NCBI GenBank assembly: GCA_965246715.1
Contig: CBDFFH010000005.1
Span: 311,148-375,147, forward strand
DNA: 64,000 nucleotides
Direction: 5' to 3'
DNA from: Chamaesiphon sp.
GTDB lineage: Bacteria; Cyanobacteriota; Cyanobacteriia; Cyanobacteriales; Chamaesiphonaceae
Part shown: in pieces, positions 61,136 through 64,000 of the stretch
Layout of the letters: each line of letters opens with the position of its first letter
Numbering within the stretch: position 1 is the stretch's first letter
The notes under the pieces: model-generated
Databases searched by the model: none
What the model saw: only the letters and a program-made list of their open reading frames with translations
What the model was told of the DNA's origin: nothing
Translations under genes and position numbers: made by a program

Positions 61136-61558
61136 CTAATTTGTTGGTGAATGTTTCTTGGCAAAATACTCTCGAACCTTCCCAGCAATCTGAGGATTCG
61201 TCATTTTGTCAACTGTTTCGATATCGACAATATGTCCGCCCAGATGATTTTTTTCAAGTTGCTCTTTTAGTTCACCCTTTGCTTCACCTGGCCCAAAGAT
61301 GAGAATAGATTCAGCATCCCGAATAGCGGCAATCACCGCAGCATAGTAAATATTCAGATGTTTTGTAAAATCTCGTTGACGGCGGTCGTCCGCAGGTACT
61401 TGAACTACCTCATAATCTCCCTCAAGTGGTCGATCTCCAGCCCGCTGTAGCTGTTTTTCGACCCCCGATTCTATCTCCTCAATCTGTTCCCCTTGCTCGG
61501 TAATAGCTACCACGATCGCCTTCCGATGGTCGATCCATATTCCTACTTTAGTACTCAT
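61136..61558 (-). CDS. eRF1-domain-2-like / host-attachment-like protein
   Basis: GIWIDHRKA, ILIFGPGEAK, DKMTNPQI; AAGGAG RBS. Confidence 0.7.
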   Translation of the reverse strand: MSTKVGIWIDHRKAIVVAITEQGEQIEEIESGVEKQLQRAGDRPLEGDYEVVQVPADDRRQRDFTKHLNIYYAAVIAAIRDAESILIFGPGEAKGELKEQLEKNHLGGHIVDIETVDKMTNPQIAGKVREYFAKKHSPTN

Positions 61559-61808
61559 TGACTATCTCCTTAGTATTATGCTAAAAGGGAATATATTCTT
61601 ATCTATAATTCTAAAAATCTTTTAATTATTGGCAGTAATTTTTGCTACAGCTTGTACTCGTGATCATATTAAAAATGCAAGATCGATGAAACTATCAAAA
61701 TGTAGATTTTAGCTTCTAATTTATAGCTAGAATCTCCTTCTGTTGAGAGAGATAAAATAAGCAGACTCAACTTTACAAAATTTCAAAAATATGATTCAGT
61801 CATCGATC

Positions 61809-62630
61809 TCATAGCGTCTGCTTTGTAGAATCGAGATCGCGGCTAACTAATGCTTGAATATCGGTTCGCAATCCGTTAATTTCTGTCTGTAATGCTTGAA
61901 TCGATTTTGCACTCGCTAATTCTGCGTCATCGCTTTCGGCATCTCTGTTGATAAAAAATGTGGCTAATGTTGCCGTCAAATAACCGAATACCACCACCGC
62001 ATACAACGCCAGAAAAAAGCAGAGTATCCGCCCTTCTGCCGTTTTCGGATAGTAGTCAGATCCAATTGTCGTCATCACCATTGCCGTCCACCACAACGCA
62101 ATGCCATAGTCAGTAATAATCCCATTGGGAACTCCGCGCTCGAACGCATACATTCCAGCCGATCCAATCAGGGTCACAATTACGGTTAATCCCATTACAT
62201 AACCAAAGCCGCGCCGCTGAACGCTGGCACCAAATAATCGCATTCCTCGGTTGGTGCGGATTGTCAATCGCAACAATTGAAATCCTCGCGCCGCATGAAT
62301 CGATCCAAAGGGCTGAATAATTCGCATAATCCGAAAGATTCGTAATGCTGGAATCATCAGTGAGAGAGCAATTAGCCAGTGATGTTTGAAGTAGGAAAGT
62401 TTGCGCGGAGCGAGGATAAGTTTGATGCTAAAGTCGAGGATAAAAGCGATCCAAATGGTGGTTCCAATTGATTCTAAGATTGGAGTTAGCCCCCAAACTA
62501 GCTCGACAATAAACAATCCCAACCACGCAAAACTCAGCACCAACATCGGCGTTTCCGACCAATTTTCCCACTGTTGCAGTACTTCACTACACTCCCGCTC
62601 TAATGCTGGCTGTTGGTGTGGTTGCTTCAT
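61809..62630 (-). CDS. Voltage-gated-type ion channel (potassium channel family)
   Basis: S4-like LRIFRIMR, ALWWTAMVMTTIGSD pore, PKTAEGR. Confidence 0.85.
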   Translation of the reverse strand: MKQPHQQPALERECSEVLQQWENWSETPMLVLSFAWLGLFIVELVWGLTPILESIGTTIWIAFILDFSIKLILAPRKLSYFKHHWLIALSLMIPALRIFRIMRIIQPFGSIHAARGFQLLRLTIRTNRGMRLFGASVQRRGFGYVMGLTVIVTLIGSAGMYAFERGVPNGIITDYGIALWWTAMVMTTIGSDYYPKTAEGRILCFFLALYAVVVFGYLTATLATFFINRDAESDDAELASAKSIQALQTEINGLRTDIQALVSRDLDSTKQTL

Positions 62631-62938
62631 AGTGGATTCGGTGGCTGCGATCGATATACGTCAAGCTGTGCGCGTAACTGAGCCACTTCCTGTGCCAGAT
62701 CCAGTACGATCGCCGCTCCAACTAAATTCACTCCCAAATCTTGCCGCAACCGCTGAATCTGAGCGATGCGTGCAATCTCACGCGAATGTAGCATCGAGCC
62801 TGTGGGTTCGATAACGCCCAACTGCACATAAACATGTATGACGGCGATCGAGGTTTGGGCAGCATTGGCAGCATATTCAAAGGTGTATAAGCAATCTCCC
62901 TCCTCTGAAACTACGGTGGTGGATAAGCTGAAAGTCAT
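62627..62938 (-). CDS. cbpM: Chaperone modulator CbpM (MerR-like)
   Basis: QRLRQDLGVNLVG; overlaps the cbpA stop. Confidence 0.85.
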   Translation of the reverse strand: MTFSLSTTVVSEEGDCLYTFEYAANAAQTSIAVIHVYVQLGVIEPTGSMLHSREIARIAQIQRLRQDLGVNLVGAAIVLDLAQEVAQLRAQLDVYRSQPPNPL

Positions 62939-63885
62939 AATGTTATTTCCTCTAAGTGAGCGCGGGGGTCAAAGGTGGTATTTGCTTGAATCTTCTCGTA
63001 GCATTCTTGCTCGATTTCATTGAGCTTCTGCGGCGTAACGATCTGAAGCTTGGCGAATAAGTCACCGCGTCCCCCTTTTGGTAACGTCCAACCTTTGCCG
63101 CGCAGTTTGAGCGATTGCCCCGATTTCACCCCTTTGGGTACTTTCATCGTCACGCTACCATCGGGAGTCGGTACTTTGATTTCCGCCCCCAGCACTGCCT
63201 CATCGGGGCGAATCGGCACGTCACAAACCAGGTTATCGCCTTCAAATCGAAAGAAAGAGTGAGGTAATACTTCAATGGTCAGATACAAGTCACCGCGCTG
63301 TTGCGAGAATGGACTCGGACGACCTCTACCCTTGAGCCGAATCCGACTACCTGGCTTGGCACCTGCGGGAATGCGGACGTTAATCGTGTCATCATCGAGT
63401 TGGAGCCGTTGCTGGACACCGTAAAATGCTTGGGAGTAAGTGAGGGCAATTGCCGCTTCCGTATCTGGTGCGGGAGCTTGTCGATATCCACCACTAAAAT
63501 CTTCAAATCCGCCTGTAGTGCGATTAGTGGAAGTTCTCCGTCCACGACCCAGTAGATCGTTGATGAACGAGTCAAAATCACCATATTGACCAAAATCTTC
63601 AGTCGAGACATTAGTTCCGGTAGGTGGCGGTGCTTCACCATAACCAGGTCGATCCCAGTGTTGCCCAAATTGGTCGTACTTATCCCGCTTTTCTGGGTCG
63701 GAAAGTACCTGATTTGCTTCGTTGAGGTCTTTGAACTTCGCCTCTGCGTCTTTATCGCCAGGATTGAGGTCGGGATGGCACTTGCGGGCAAGTTTTCGAT
63801 AAGCCCGTTTGATTTCTTCAGGAGTTGCCGTTTTAGTCACTCCCAAGGTCGCATAGTAGTCCTTAAAATCTGTTGCTGTTGGCAT
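62935..63885 (-). CDS. cbpA: DnaJ-class chaperone (CbpA type, no Zn finger)
   Basis: KDYY, HPD J-domain, DnaJ C-terminal LRGKG/GDL motifs. Confidence 0.9.
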   Translation of the reverse strand: MPTATDFKDYYATLGVTKTATPEEIKRAYRKLARKCHPDLNPGDKDAEAKFKDLNEANQVLSDPEKRDKYDQFGQHWDRPGYGEAPPPTGTNVSTEDFGQYGDFDSFINDLLGRGRRTSTNRTTGGFEDFSGGYRQAPAPDTEAAIALTYSQAFYGVQQRLQLDDDTINVRIPAGAKPGSRIRLKGRGRPSPFSQQRGDLYLTIEVLPHSFFRFEGDNLVCDVPIRPDEAVLGAEIKVPTPDGSVTMKVPKGVKSGQSLKLRGKGWTLPKGGRGDLFAKLQIVTPQKLNEIEQECYEKIQANTTFDPRAHLEEITL

Positions 63886-64000
63886 TATTAAATTCTCTTG
63901 CGGATTATTCTATTCGTCTCGATCTGGATGTCGTTCATCATGTCCGTATAAACCGATCGATCGGTCGGCGGAGTGAAACTGGCTGTGGATAGTTCTTTAA

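Noticed and set aside
1..64000. Very frequent CGATCG/GCGATCGC
   Set aside because: Known cyanobacterial HIP1-type over-representation, not a local system

Overview
A 64-kb accessory region (plasmid or genomic island) of a cyanobacterium. CGATCG/GCGATCGC (HIP1-type) sites are very dense, and the many TCGATCGA variants suggest Chamaesiphon (inference). (1) 1-23.8 kb: redox and envelope-stress cluster with NDH-2, exported MsrA/MsrB, a Mo-oxidoreductase plus cytochrome b, CcdA plus thioredoxin, and an OmpR-type two-component pair. Four intergenic regions share an 11-bp-period TCTCAG direct repeat. The block also holds an IS1, an IS630 and a decayed MarR-controlled operon. (2) 24-37 kb: defence/mobile block with a tyrosine recombinase, a PIN toxin-antitoxin pair, an AbiEi-like gene whose toxin is truncated, a tandem STAND-ATPase pair with a TPR array, a high-GC foreign gene, MITEs (one with Tn21/Tn1721-like 38-bp ends and a res-like core) and a vanadium haloperoxidase-like gene. 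(3) 37.5-64 kb: two P-type ATPases, including mgtA with a candidate leader-peptide attenuator, fermentation genes (gpmA, gap, ldhA, pyk), CheB/CheR and PAS hybrid kinases, an AT-rich cold-shock-domain/nuclease/Zn-finger gene, a MITE-interrupted Cu-ATPase, an ion channel and cbpM-cbpA. No rRNA, tRNA or CRISPR array was recognised. All calls are by eye from motifs; no database searches were run.
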